From a virus (lineage: Duplodnaviria; Caudoviricetes), in IMG/VR virus record IMGVR_UViG_3300028048_000060, positions 90,737 through 154,736 of that record: a stretch of DNA of 64,000 nt. One strand, 5' to 3'. The translations under genes were made by a program, and so were the position numbers. Below, piece by piece: positions 20,284 through 30,012 of the stretch (positions are counted from its first letter, which is position 1; every line of letters begins with the position of its first letter). The notes under the pieces were generated by a model. It did no database searches. It was not told where the DNA came from and saw only the letters and a program-made list of their open reading frames with translations.

Positions 20284-21507
20284 TTAAATAAATCCTTTGC
20301 TCTTTAGATAACTTCTAAATCCACTTGGCTTGCTCTCAGTTATTCTGTATTCGTCATAATATGGATTAATTAAATCCTTAGACAAGTCACTAAGACCTAG
20401 ACTATCAATAAAGAACTTATATCCTGAAATTTTGACTTTGTAGTCTAATTCAGGGTCGTACCTTTCTAACTTCTGAGCCTTCGGTTTCAGTTCCCAAAGC
20501 ATACTAACGTACTTTTGGTTTATAGTCTCCCAATTTTCCTTAGGAACATAAGTCTTTATAAGTTCTACTAATCCAGTAAAAGACCAAAACTTCTTAGAGT
20601 CAGACTCTAAACACTCAGCATCAGATGGGTTTATACTTAGTTTTAATATCTCAGCTACATCTGTAACGTAATCACTGTCTTTTACAGGAATCTCTTTAAA
20701 GACCTGTTTACCATTATCAAAGACTGGATTTCCTTCAGGGTCTTGTAGAGGTTCAAATGCGACTCTAAGACCTTTACCTACTGAGAACTTCATCATTCCT
20801 GGATTAACTAAGTTCTTTGATTTAGAGATAGTGTAGTTGTCATATGTGGACTTAGTAGTACAGATTACAATATCGTCTCTTACTGAGATTCCATAAACTA
20901 ATGCTCTTAGAAGATACTTATGATGAACCGCTTTAATTCCTGCCTTTGTATCTTCGAAACTGGAACTATGACTGAACTTAGCCCACTCAGAAGGTAATCC
21001 AGTCTCACTGAATGGTAAGAACTCCAAGTCTATCTGCATTGGGACTTTAAGACCATCAAAGTCAGCTACAAACACACAGATTATTTGATTTTCAATTGGA
21101 GAAAATTTAGTCCTGTTGCACCCCATATATGTCACTCCAGGAATTACTTCCTTAGAGTCAATAGATTCTAGGTAATCCCAGATGTTCTTTCTCTGAAAAT
21201 CAGGAACTACTACGTCTATATCTCCCGCGACCTCTTTGTATTTGACTATTTCTTCATCAGGAATGTTTGGGTCCATGATGAAGGATGAACTCCCATTAAA
21301 AGTAAATCCTGTTTCGATTTGGGTCTCATCTGTCCAAAGAAGAGTCTTAAATTTCTTTTTAAAGTCGTTGTTTATTTTCTTTAGTAAGTCAGTGACGACT
21401 TTTCGAAACCTGCTCCTCCCTATCTTTTTTAGAGGGATTTTTTGTGCTTTGGTCTTTATTCCTTTTTTAGACGTAACAGTCTCATCTCCGCCTTCAAATA
21501 ATTTCAT
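20284..21507 (-). CDS. Pol-beta/PolX-superfamily nucleotidyltransferase-like protein, paralogue 1
   Basis: FNGSS...GDIDVV...QIDLEF acidic triad; N-terminal MKLFE-GG; clearly paralogous to 35289 and 36485. Confidence 0.7.
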   Translation of the reverse strand: MKLFEGGDETVTSKKGIKTKAQKIPLKKIGRSRFRKVVTDLLKKINNDFKKKFKTLLWTDETQIETGFTFNGSSSFIMDPNIPDEEIVKYKEVAGDIDVVVPDFQRKNIWDYLESIDSKEVIPGVTYMGCNRTKFSPIENQIICVFVADFDGLKVPMQIDLEFLPFSETGLPSEWAKFSHSSSFEDTKAGIKAVHHKYLLRALVYGISVRDDIVICTTKSTYDNYTISKSKNLVNPGMMKFSVGKGLRVAFEPLQDPEGNPVFDNGKQVFKEIPVKDSDYVTDVAEILKLSINPSDAECLESDSKKFWSFTGLVELIKTYVPKENWETINQKYVSMLWELKPKAQKLERYDPELDYKVKISGYKFFIDSLGLSDLSKDLINPYYDEYRITESKPSGFRSYLKSKGFI

Positions 21508-21595
21508 TTTATGACCTCTTATATAAAAACTGATATTAAAAAAGAGTCTTTGAAGACTCTTTTATATTATTTAGATGTTCTAAAAGATTAAAATC

Positions 21596-21883
21596 CTAAA
21601 ATCTTGGGCCTCTTAGTCCTTCAGGGAAGTGAAGAATGTACTTAGTAGACCTAACTAAGGTCTCATCATACTCGTCATTCTTTCCTAACTGGAATAAAGT
21701 GTAAGGTTCAATTTCAAACTGATGGAGTTTTCCATTGTGATAGGTTCTGAACTTTTGACCTGATTTATTAGCCCAAAGAATCTCACCTTCCTTTTGGAAC
21801 TCTTTGTTTAACTTCTGAAGGTCCTTGATAACTGGATATAAGTCAAACTCAGTATCTGCCTCGTTAAGATATTTGAATTTCAT
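21596..21883 (-). CDS. probable internal head protein
   Basis: MKFKYLNE-A resembles a T4 capsid-targeting/protease site; late promoter at 21910-21917 (-). Confidence 0.55.
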   Translation of the reverse strand: MKFKYLNEADTEFDLYPVIKDLQKLNKEFQKEGEILWANKSGQKFRTYHNGKLHQFEIEPYTLFQLGKNDEYDETLVRSTKYILHFPEGLRGPRF

Positions 21884-21966
21884 AGTATTCTCCTTTTCAA
21901 CTATATGTCTATTTATATTCTATAAATATTTTAATAACAGAGCTTTAATGCTTTAAGGAGTTTTAA

Positions 21967-22356
21967 ATGATTTTTAAACGATTCAGAGACATTTTACAGT
22001 TCATTGAGACAAATGAAAATTTAGATACGTCTTTAAAAGAAACTAAGAATTATATCAAAGAAAACTTAGAAAAAGGATTTACATTTAAAGAACTTCAGTT
22101 CGAACAGGAACTGAATTATGGAATAGATATCTTTGGAACAGTAAGACCTATTTTGGGTGAGATGGTTGATACTAAGACTCAAAGAAAAGACTCTTTAGGA
22201 AGAACAGTGTGCAATCATATCGTGACATTCTTAGTAAAGCACAATGATGATGGGAGTTTCCTGAGTCCTGAGGGAGTTATCTTTACTATAGACATAACTC
22301 CAAAGACTAAGACTGAGTATCAGAGAGTCAAAGTAACTGAGATTTTAAAATTATAA
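21967..22356 (+). CDS. hypothetical late protein
   Basis: TATAAATA at 21921-21928; AAGGAG RBS. Confidence 0.6.
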   Translation: MIFKRFRDILQFIETNENLDTSLKETKNYIKENLEKGFTFKELQFEQELNYGIDIFGTVRPILGEMVDTKTQRKDSLGRTVCNHIVTFLVKHNDDGSFLSPEGVIFTIDITPKTKTEYQRVKVTEILKL

Positions 22357-22366
22357 GGAGACATAA

Positions 22367-22822
22367 ATGCTCAGAGTAGATTATAAACTTATATATGATA
22401 TCTTAGATGAAAAGAAACAGAGTCTTCTTAAGTTTGGAAATATCTATCCTTTTGGTTCAAAACTTCCTGAGGATAACGTAAAGAACATGGTTAAGGACAT
22501 AGATGATTTCTTAGGAAACATCAAGTTAATGGTGAACACTGGAGATGTCTACGTAGAAATTAATAACATGGCTGACCTTCCAAAGAACAAAACAAATGGA
22601 GAGGTTTCTATAAAAGAACTTAATCTCTTAGATGTCAGTTCAGGAACAGGAATGTGTTATTTCTCAGTTGTCGCCATCCAGTGTGTAAAGACTGCTTGTG
22701 TGGACATCTTTAACAGAAATGTCTTTAAACAGGGTGATAATCTGTTCTATGTTACGTCTGAGGATGCTTCTCAGAATAAAAAAGGAGTTATTACAATCAA
22801 CAAGACTGTGTTCAGAAGGTGA
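22367..22822 (+). CDS. hypothetical protein
   Basis: AAGGAG RBS; the stop codon overlaps the tnpB right end. Confidence 0.6.
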   Translation: MLRVDYKLIYDILDEKKQSLLKFGNIYPFGSKLPEDNVKNMVKDIDDFLGNIKLMVNTGDVYVEINNMADLPKNKTNGEVSIKELNLLDVSSGTGMCYFSVVAIQCVKTACVDIFNRNVFKQGDNLFYVTSEDASQNKKGVITINKTVFRR

Positions 22823-22834
22823 ACTACATCTGCC

Positions 22835-24073
22835 CTAAAGGGAAGATGCTTCATGTTTCGTTGATTGATTGGATCTCTGAATTGCTTCAGAGATCTGTTT
22901 TTCAATCTCCACATGCTTAAATTTGGTGCGTCCCACACCTATATTATTCTTATAGAAAAATATCATATTCTTAGATGCATGAATATCTCTATCTTCTGTT
23001 ATACTACATTCACAAGAGAATGTTCTATCTGATAGAGATAAGTCGTGATATTTTCCACAATTTCTACACAGTTTAGTTGTTGGAAGATAAGCATTTAAAC
23101 AAATTGCATTTGGATTTCTCATCAATTTTGCTTTGACTCTTCCAAGAATACTATGTTGTATAGTCTTACCAAAAGTTCCAGACCATGCATGTAGTTGTTC
23201 ATCTTGGAAAACACAAATTTGATTATCTGTTAAATCACGAACAATCTTATTTGCTAAATCTTCCTTACGATTACACATTTTCTCATATTCTTTCTGGATC
23301 TTTAGACGAGTTTTGTACCTGTTGTTAGAGTTTTTCTTTTGTTTCTGCATCTTTCTTTGCAGTTTCTTTAGTCTCTCAGTTTCTCCAACAAGAACACTAA
23401 TCTTTTGACCTTCAGAAGTGGTGATATGTGTAGAAATTCCTAAATCAATACCAATGACCTTTTCAGGTTTTGTGTATTCTTCTTTTTTATTAAAAGTTGT
23501 TATCTTTAAATAATAACCTGAAGATGTATGTACTAAATTTGCATTTGCGCACTCTACATCTTTATCATAAATGAACTGTTCTAATCCTTGTACCTTTACA
23601 GTTCCAACATTAACTATCCTAACTTTGTTATGGTCTACAATTTTATGTGTACTGCCGTACTGTACTAACGGAAGAGATTTAAGGTCTGAAATATATCCTA
23701 TTCTTCCAACCTTCTTACCTTTCTTCTTTAAAGTGGATAATGTCTTAATATTGGAAATAAAATTTTTATATAGTCCTAATTTTTGTTGTGAACTTAGATA
23801 GTTAAAATCAGAAATAACTTCATTATGTTCTTTGTCAAAATGTTTAACACTTTTAATCTTTAAATCAACGTCTTTAATATCATTAGTTTCGGTGAAATTT
23901 ACAATGTGATTCCAGAACCACTTTCCTTCAACAAACATCATCTTTAATGATTCTTTCTGTTTCTTAGAAAGTTTGTTAGTCTGAATTTTAAGAGAATAGA
24001 CCTTGCACTCCTGAGATTTTCTCTTCTCACGAGTTTCCAATAAACTTTGTCTTATTTGTTCGTTCTTGGTCAT
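22835..24073 (-). CDS. tnpB: TnpB RNA-guided nuclease (IS200/IS605/IS607 family)
   Basis: VIGIDLG, VFQDE, TTKLCRNC..CEC and DRDIHASKN; right-end hairpin gaagcatcttccctttagggcagatgtagttcac ending at 22819. Confidence 0.9.
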   Translation of the reverse strand: MTKNEQIRQSLLETREKRKSQECKVYSLKIQTNKLSKKQKESLKMMFVEGKWFWNHIVNFTETNDIKDVDLKIKSVKHFDKEHNEVISDFNYLSSQQKLGLYKNFISNIKTLSTLKKKGKKVGRIGYISDLKSLPLVQYGSTHKIVDHNKVRIVNVGTVKVQGLEQFIYDKDVECANANLVHTSSGYYLKITTFNKKEEYTKPEKVIGIDLGISTHITTSEGQKISVLVGETERLKKLQRKMQKQKKNSNNRYKTRLKIQKEYEKMCNRKEDLANKIVRDLTDNQICVFQDEQLHAWSGTFGKTIQHSILGRVKAKLMRNPNAICLNAYLPTTKLCRNCGKYHDLSLSDRTFSCECSITEDRDIHASKNMIFFYKNNIGVGRTKFKHVEIEKQISEAIQRSNQSTKHEASSL

Positions 24074-24199
24074 TTGGTCTACTCTTTTTTAATTTATTTA
24101 TATTTTGGGTGAACTACATCATATCATTTTCAGTAATAAATACAAAAAAGATATGTTCCATTAGGTTCATATATGAATAGTTGTTAATGGAGTAGATGA

Positions 24200-24445
24200 A
24201 TGGACTATCAGAAGTACCAAAGCGCAAAGAACAATATCCTTGACTACATAAATGACAGGGATAAGTTCAACAGGGTCTACTATCTGATAAATGAAAACAT
24301 AGATGCTTTAGACACTGTTGTTAATACTGTTTACAAAGATTTTGACATGATGGATAAAAGAGTAGTCTTAGAGTTCCTGGAACATCTGAAAAAGATAATG
24401 GAACTCAGAGACGTAGAGGACAAGGGAACAAAGAATGGAAAATAG
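24200..24445 (+). CDS. hypothetical protein
   Basis: GGAG RBS. Confidence 0.5.
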   Translation: MDYQKYQSAKNNILDYINDRDKFNRVYYLINENIDALDTVVNTVYKDFDMMDKRVVLEFLEHLKKIMELRDVEDKGTKNGK

Positions 24446-24644
24446 TATCTTTAAGATAATAAAGCACAAAGATAAAACCTTAGAAGACTCTGTTTGGGAT
24501 TTAAGCAATGACACTGGCATCTTAAAGTGTGTTTTTCCTGGAAACTCAAAGGAACAGTTTGGTTTGGGTTTTGAAGTCTTAGACCCAAAGAAGACTGAAA
24601 TCTTAGAAGGAATTATCGAGAAAGAGACCTTTCAGTTAGTTTAG
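24435..24644 (+). CDS. hypothetical protein
   Basis: Overlaps the upstream ORF. Confidence 0.45.
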   Translation: MENSIFKIIKHKDKTLEDSVWDLSNDTGILKCVFPGNSKEQFGLGFEVLDPKKTEILEGIIEKETFQLV

Positions 24645-24708
24645 GCACTTGATTTGATTTAATTTTAAGTTTCTTATATAATAAATATCATTAAAACTTT
24701 AGAGAACG

Positions 24709-24933
24709 TTGAGAATGAAAATTAGTAGTTTAATTAGAAAATTAGAAAAGATTAAAAACCAAAAAGGCGACATTGAAGTCTGTGTTTTGGAGAATGATTT
24801 TGAGTTCGGAAAACTTAAAAATGTCCAAACAGGATATTCTGACAAAAAGTATACGTGCGTATATGATTATGATAGAATAAAAGACACAGAAAGCGATGAC
24901 ACTGAAGTCCAAGTTGTTTGTTTGTCATTATAA
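24709..24933 (+). CDS. hypothetical protein
   Basis: MKISSLI..LE......GD.EV pattern common in small phage proteins. Confidence 0.5.
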   Translation: MRMKISSLIRKLEKIKNQKGDIEVCVLENDFEFGKLKNVQTGYSDKKYTCVYDYDRIKDTESDDTEVQVVCLSL

Positions 24934-24952
24934 GATATAAGAAGGAGAAAAA

Positions 24953-25102
24953 ATGAAACTTTTAGTTAAAGATGGAAAAGTTGGAAAGGGACTGACCTTT
25001 CAGAGATTAAGACGTGTAACAGGATATCTCTCAGGAGACTACAAGACTCGTTTTAATGACGGTAAAATTGCAGAAGTAGAAGCAAGAGTAAAACACTGTT
25101 AG
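24953..25102 (+). CDS. stand-alone NrdD-type glycyl-radical domain peptide (49 aa; not in the ORF track)
   Basis: AAGGAG RBS; MKLLVKDGKVGKGLTFQRLRRVTGYLSGDYKTRFNDGKIAEVEARVKHC matches the NrdD C-terminal RRxxGY...FNxGKxxE...RVKH motif. Confidence 0.8.
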   Translation: MKLLVKDGKVGKGLTFQRLRRVTGYLSGDYKTRFNDGKIAEVEARVKHC

Positions 25103-25148
25103 GTGTTAAGCAAACACTGTTAGAAGTGTTTAAATAAGAGGACCTGAA

Positions 25149-25796
25149 ATGCTTATAACCATAGACCCATACTACAATGTTGAGTTTTACAACAAGTGTA
25201 TTCAGGCCCTTATCAACAATAAAATTCCAGTAAAACAGTTTATAAGTCCTATATCTAAGAAATGGTATTTGGATGTTCCTGTTTTACCTATAATGCTCAA
25301 TTATGACTTAGTTCCTGAGAATGAGAAAAGATTTCTTTTGTCTAAGACAATAGCAGTCCAACCACAGGAACAGTATCTTTTATACAGACGTACTGGTGAT
25401 ACTAATGTCCTTAATCCTGTAATGGTCAAAGCAGACTACATGAAACAGGACACACAGTATGCTCTGTTCTTTAATCTCAAAAACAGACAGGATGGAAATA
25501 ATCTAAGTAAAGTCTTTAAGACTAAGATATACTACTTAGGAAAATACTACTATAACAAATACAGACTGTGTGTTTGTTTTGATGAAGGAATAAAGACTTT
25601 AATTAGTGCTTCAGACATTGTCTATGAAAAGACTCCAAGTACAACCTGGATGAAAGCAGAACAGGACATAAATCAAAAGGTCTTTCTTCTAAGAGATTAT
25701 CTTGTCAAATTTACTCAGACACCATACTTTGATGGTTCTAAGTTTGTTTGTCCAAATTACTATGGTGAACTTCAAAAGAGATTCTTTAGTTTTTAG
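25149..25796 (+). CDS. hypothetical protein
   Basis: 215-aa ORF with GAGGA RBS. Confidence 0.6.
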   Translation: MLITIDPYYNVEFYNKCIQALINNKIPVKQFISPISKKWYLDVPVLPIMLNYDLVPENEKRFLLSKTIAVQPQEQYLLYRRTGDTNVLNPVMVKADYMKQDTQYALFFNLKNRQDGNNLSKVFKTKIYYLGKYYYNKYRLCVCFDEGIKTLISASDIVYEKTPSTTWMKAEQDINQKVFLLRDYLVKFTQTPYFDGSKFVCPNYYGELQKRFFSF

Positions 25797-25898
25797 TTTT
25801 TAATTCATTTAAAACTCTTTTAAAAAAATGTGTTTTATTATATAATAGGGCATATGTGACCTACATCTTCCCTAAAGGATAGATGCTTCCATTTACAA

Positions 25899-27224
25899 TC
25901 AAATATTTGATTGTAGTTCAGACATCTGAGACTTGTGCGTAGCACAAAAATCCAGATGTTTGAAGGTTTTATACTCCGAGAGGTCCTTCCCAAGAGTTTG
26001 ATGCGATTTGTTGTAAACAACAGTCTCACCAAAATTTAATAAGTTCAAGGCAGAGTTATAATCTCTATCAATGATATTACCGCATCCACACTCAAGTGTA
26101 CGTTTGGTAACATCTTTCATTTCTGAATGAATTTTTCCACATTTACAACAAATTTGAGAACTTGGGTAATATTTGTCTGCAAGGACAAAATGACACCCAA
26201 ATTTCTCAGAATTTTCTTCTAACTTTTTAAGGAAATAATTCCATTGTAACAAACTTACTGACTTGCCATGATTACCGCCTTTGGTGGAAGTTTTGGCATC
26301 TAAGTAAGATGTATGCCTAGACATTTCTTTGAGGTCCAAATTCTCAACAACTATCAATTCATTGTGTAAACACAATTCTCTTGATAACTTGTTGAGATAG
26401 TCCTTCTGAATGTTATGAATTGTTTCGTAGAGTTTGTTACGTTTCATCGTGATACGATGGACTTTAACAGAGGTACGAAACTTTTTCTTAGATTTGGTTC
26501 TCATCTTTGAAATAGTTTCATTTAAGGAATTAATCTTCTTTTGAAGTGATTCCATCTTAGACCTCTTTGTTGAGAACTTTGGTGCCTTCGCACCAAAACT
26601 ATCAACGAACAGGTCTTTCAAGGAAAAATCTAAACCAATATGACCATTATCTACACGTTCTTCGTAAACCTTGTCGACTTCGACAAGTAATGAGACTTTG
26701 TAGACCCCAGTTTTAGTTCTTCTGATAGTTCCATACTTAATCTTAGAACTATCTTTTAGAAAAATAGGTTCAATATATTTATTTAAAAATCTAACCTTTC
26801 CAATCTTCGGTATCTTTACGTATGACTTTGACGCATCGTCAGGATTATACGAAATATTCGTGATTGAGGAAGGATAAGAGTCATTATGATCTTTCTTACA
26901 TTTGAAACGTCTTAGTCCTACGGGCTGGCCTTTCAATCTCTTATTTCTATTGATTTTATTAGTTTGAACGAAGTTCAATCTTATAGCAGAACATGCCCAA
27001 CTTTCCATATCTTTCAGGAATTCGTGTTTCTCACGTAATTCTGGAAATGATGGATAATTTGGCATTCTATCTTCTTTAATACAATTCAAATATTCTTCAA
27101 TAAGTTTATTCTTAAACCATCTTGATATGTCTAAAGATTTTGATAATTTAATTTTGTCAGAAGATGTCGGGTTTAGTGTTAACACTAGACCTCGATATGT
27201 TCTTTCTGAAATTATTTTATCCAT
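25899..27224 (-). CDS. tnpB: TnpB RNA-guided nuclease (family copy A)
   Basis: HIGLDF, IVVENL, YPSSQICCKC..CGC and DRDYNSALN; right-end hairpin ending GGTCAC at 25856. Confidence 0.92.
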   Translation of the reverse strand: MDKIISERTYRGLVLTLNPTSSDKIKLSKSLDISRWFKNKLIEEYLNCIKEDRMPNYPSFPELREKHEFLKDMESWACSAIRLNFVQTNKINRNKRLKGQPVGLRRFKCKKDHNDSYPSSITNISYNPDDASKSYVKIPKIGKVRFLNKYIEPIFLKDSSKIKYGTIRRTKTGVYKVSLLVEVDKVYEERVDNGHIGLDFSLKDLFVDSFGAKAPKFSTKRSKMESLQKKINSLNETISKMRTKSKKKFRTSVKVHRITMKRNKLYETIHNIQKDYLNKLSRELCLHNELIVVENLDLKEMSRHTSYLDAKTSTKGGNHGKSVSLLQWNYFLKKLEENSEKFGCHFVLADKYYPSSQICCKCGKIHSEMKDVTKRTLECGCGNIIDRDYNSALNLLNFGETVVYNKSHQTLGKDLSEYKTFKHLDFCATHKSQMSELQSNI

Positions 27225-27412
27225 CTTTAGAATACCTCTTAGTACGTTTTCTCTAAATTTATTTATATTTTAAAAATCAGGAAGTTACGTTTATAAACGA
27301 GATTTTCCTTTGCTTTTTAATAAATTTTTAATATAATTAAAAGAAAGTACAACGTCTGAATATGCTTGCCTTAGGCAAGCATATTTAGAAATATTTGACT
27401 AAGGAGACTTAA

Positions 27413-27889
27413 ATGGATAGAATTACAAAAGTAACATCTTCATCTGATTCTAAGGAAACTTACTTTATTACTGGGCTTCCTGACTTTGTGGCCACTTTGT
27501 CTAAAGAAGACCTTTGGAGTAAGGAACGTTATATCGTAGAAATAACAGAATTCACTACTCAGGCATACGAAGTGTTTGATACTTATGATGAAGCTAAGAA
27601 GTTCTTAGACGAGTTCTTAGAAAAGAGAATTAAGACTGCTGAGGAACACTGTGACTTTGAAGAACCATCATATACAGTCAAAATTAAAGATGTTGGACTT
27701 TCGAGGGATTGGGAAGAATCACTTTATCCACCTTTACCACCATTACCACCTTTACCACAGTGTTGTGAAGACCCTATCCTGGAGCACCACAGAGAATCAG
27801 GATTTCCAACAGAAGAACCCTTTCTTTCAGATAGTGAAAAGTTAGATAAAATTATAAGTCTTTTAGAAGAAATTAAGAATAAATTATAA
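27413..27889 (+). CDS. hypothetical protein with PPL repeats
   Basis: AAGGAG RBS; YPPLPPLPPLPQCC. Confidence 0.6.
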   Translation: MDRITKVTSSSDSKETYFITGLPDFVATLSKEDLWSKERYIVEITEFTTQAYEVFDTYDEAKKFLDEFLEKRIKTAEEHCDFEEPSYTVKIKDVGLSRDWEESLYPPLPPLPPLPQCCEDPILEHHRESGFPTEEPFLSDSEKLDKIISLLEEIKNKL

Positions 27890-27956
27890 GATTTATATAC
27901 TTCTAAAGGGTCTCCAAAAAGACCCTTTATTTTTTGTCTTAAACTAAAATTTTTGC

Positions 27957-27985
27957 TTGATCTTAAACTCAAAATACATTATAAT
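27957..27985 (+). promoter_or_regulatory. sigma70-type early promoter
   Basis: TTGATC-17-TATAAT, same family as 7345. Confidence 0.8.
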
Positions 27986-28011
27986 AAACATAAAGAGAAA
28001 GGAGTAAGGAA

Positions 28012-28401
28012 ATGGAATATAAAAACTGTGATATAGATTTTTACACTCTCACTGTAGGTGAACTATTGAATTTAGACAATAAGGAAGAACAGCTTATTGT
28101 CAATGGATTTATTTTCTTTCCAAATACTTATATAAGAGAGTTAAAAACTGCTGAATTGCAGTTGTTATTTGATGAAGATACATTTGAAGATGTCATTGAG
28201 AAATACCCTTATCATAAACATAAGGAGGTTAGGTACGATGTTCAGCAAAGACTTAATCAATATGCAAGGAATGGTAGCTGTGTAATGTATATAAACAAAG
28301 CATATGTTATACTCATTACTCGTGATAGTGTACATCATATTGAAAGAGCCAATTTTGATAGTGCTGTTAGAACACTTACAGGAAGTGAAATAATAGTATA
28401 A
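28012..28401 (+). CDS. early hypothetical protein
   Basis: After the early promoter; AAGGA RBS. Confidence 0.6.
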   Translation: MEYKNCDIDFYTLTVGELLNLDNKEEQLIVNGFIFFPNTYIRELKTAELQLLFDEDTFEDVIEKYPYHKHKEVRYDVQQRLNQYARNGSCVMYINKAYVILITRDSVHHIERANFDSAVRTLTGSEIIV

Positions 28402-28456
28402 CACTGGAATTCTTTCTTTTGATTTTGAAGATGGAATACTTATAAGGAGAAAAGAT

Positions 28457-28807
28457 ATGGAAATGAAACTTACTGATTTTTTAGAAATGCTTGAGTACAG
28501 TGAATATATCGTCTTAGAAGATAAAAATGGAAAATTTCTCTTAGAGTTCTTTAGCAATGACTTCTTCTCAGAAGAACTGAGATATTCAGATGAATTAGCT
28601 ATAAAAGGGTTTGTTATTACATCATTTTCAATCGAAATAAGCTACTATGGTTCTTATCATGGACCTCTTATTAAGTGTATAGTTGACTTAGAAAAGTCAG
28701 AAAAACCAAAACTGAATGATACTGTTAATAAAGAAGAGTTTTCAAAGATGCTTAGAAATATCTATGGTGACGAACTCTATGACGAAATTTCAAAGGCAAT
28801 GGAATAA
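28457..28807 (+). CDS. early hypothetical protein
   Basis: AAGGAGAAAAGATATG leader shared with other early genes. Confidence 0.6.
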   Translation: MEMKLTDFLEMLEYSEYIVLEDKNGKFLLEFFSNDFFSEELRYSDELAIKGFVITSFSIEISYYGSYHGPLIKCIVDLEKSEKPKLNDTVNKEEFSKMLRNIYGDELYDEISKAME

Positions 28808-28842
28808 ATCCTTGTTATATATAGAATAAAAAGGAATTAAAA

Positions 28843-29286
28843 ATGAAACTTAAAATACAAGGAATTATCAAACAGAGTTCAGTTGATGGTGAGGGAATTA
28901 GATATGTTATATTCTGCCAGGGATGCCCTCACCATTGTAAAGGATGTCATAATCCTGAAACTTGGAATCCTGACAAAGGATACTTTATTGAAACAGATGA
29001 TATCTTAGAAGAAATCAAGTATGACCCTTTGTTAGATGGAGTTACTTTTAGCGGAGGCGAACCCTTCCTTCAGCAAAAACCTTTAATCGACTTAGCTAAG
29101 AAGATAAAGAATTTGGGTTTAGATATTTGGTGCTATACTGGATATGAGTATGAGGAGGTCAAAGACTCTCCTCTTATAAAATCAGGGCTTATAGATGTCT
29201 TAGTAGACGGAAAGTACATCCAGGAACTAAGAACTCTTGGAGGATTTAAAGGTTCTTCTAATCAAAGAATTATTAGACTTAACTAA
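28843..29286 (+). CDS. nrdG: anaerobic ribonucleotide reductase activating enzyme
   Basis: VDGEGIR, GCPHHCKGCHNP (CxxxCxxC), GVTFSGGEP, DVLVDG and GSSNQR. Confidence 0.95.
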   Translation: MKLKIQGIIKQSSVDGEGIRYVIFCQGCPHHCKGCHNPETWNPDKGYFIETDDILEEIKYDPLLDGVTFSGGEPFLQQKPLIDLAKKIKNLGLDIWCYTGYEYEEVKDSPLIKSGLIDVLVDGKYIQELRTLGGFKGSSNQRIIRLN

Positions 29287-29519
29287 TCTGTTGAAGACTC
29301 ATTTAAGTATCTAAGGAATCTAACTAAAAACATATTCTCAACTAAGATGTTGATGAACTCGTCGTCAATTTCACTAACAGGGATGGTTCCTTTTAGACTG
29401 TCTATATAGGACCATCCTTGCCATCTTGGGAAGTCTCTTCTCTTTATCCCTTTAAAGTTACAATAAAACTTTTGGTCCTTCTCAAACCATTTTTCTAAAA
29501 AATCTGTAAATCCTTCCAT
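29283..29519 (-). CDS. hypothetical protein
   Basis: Downstream of 29533 in the same orientation; C-terminal YLNES. Confidence 0.45.
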   Translation of the reverse strand: MEGFTDFLEKWFEKDQKFYCNFKGIKRRDFPRWQGWSYIDSLKGTIPVSEIDDEFINILVENMFLVRFLRYLNESSTD

Positions 29520-29532
29520 TAAGGTATTTCCT

Positions 29533-29901
29533 TTATTTAAGTCTTTGCGTGTTAATCATACAAAGTTCTAAGACTCTCTTAATTGCATCTATGTCTCTTA
29601 TAATAGAAGTCATCTCAGATGAACTTCTTCCATCTATTGTTGACATTCTGTTCTCCAGTTGATTTAGTCTTAACTGAAGATTATTCAAAGAGTCTTCAAT
29701 GTCGTTGCTAGAGTCTGAGATAGAGTCTAAGGTTCTTTTAATGGAATCTATCGACTCTAAGTTCTGCTCCTGAGACTTTTGAGTTAACTCTGTAAACTGT
29801 TCGTACTTTTTATATAGGTAAACGCAAGCAATCCCCAGAAATATTATAATTACTGGAGATGTGAAACCTGATGTTAAGGCAAATTCTATTAACTGGTCCA
29901 T
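29533..29901 (-). CDS. single-TM coiled-coil membrane protein (possible lysis protein)
   Basis: N-terminal TM helix followed by a heptad coiled coil. Confidence 0.5.
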   Translation of the reverse strand: MDQLIEFALTSGFTSPVIIIFLGIACVYLYKKYEQFTELTQKSQEQNLESIDSIKRTLDSISDSSNDIEDSLNNLQLRLNQLENRMSTIDGRSSSEMTSIIRDIDAIKRVLELCMINTQRLK

Positions 29902-30012
29902 TTTTATTATTCTTCTTACCTTAAAAAATCATATTTATTTATGTTAGGGAAATTTAAATAATTAGTGTTTTATATAAATAATATAAACAAAATAAAACAA
30001 GGAGAAACTTAA

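Noticed and set aside
27359-27385. Perfect 12-bp hairpin as a tnpB left end
   Set aside because: It lies beyond the tnpB late promoter and is not shared with the other copies; it is more likely a leader hairpin of the 27413 gene.
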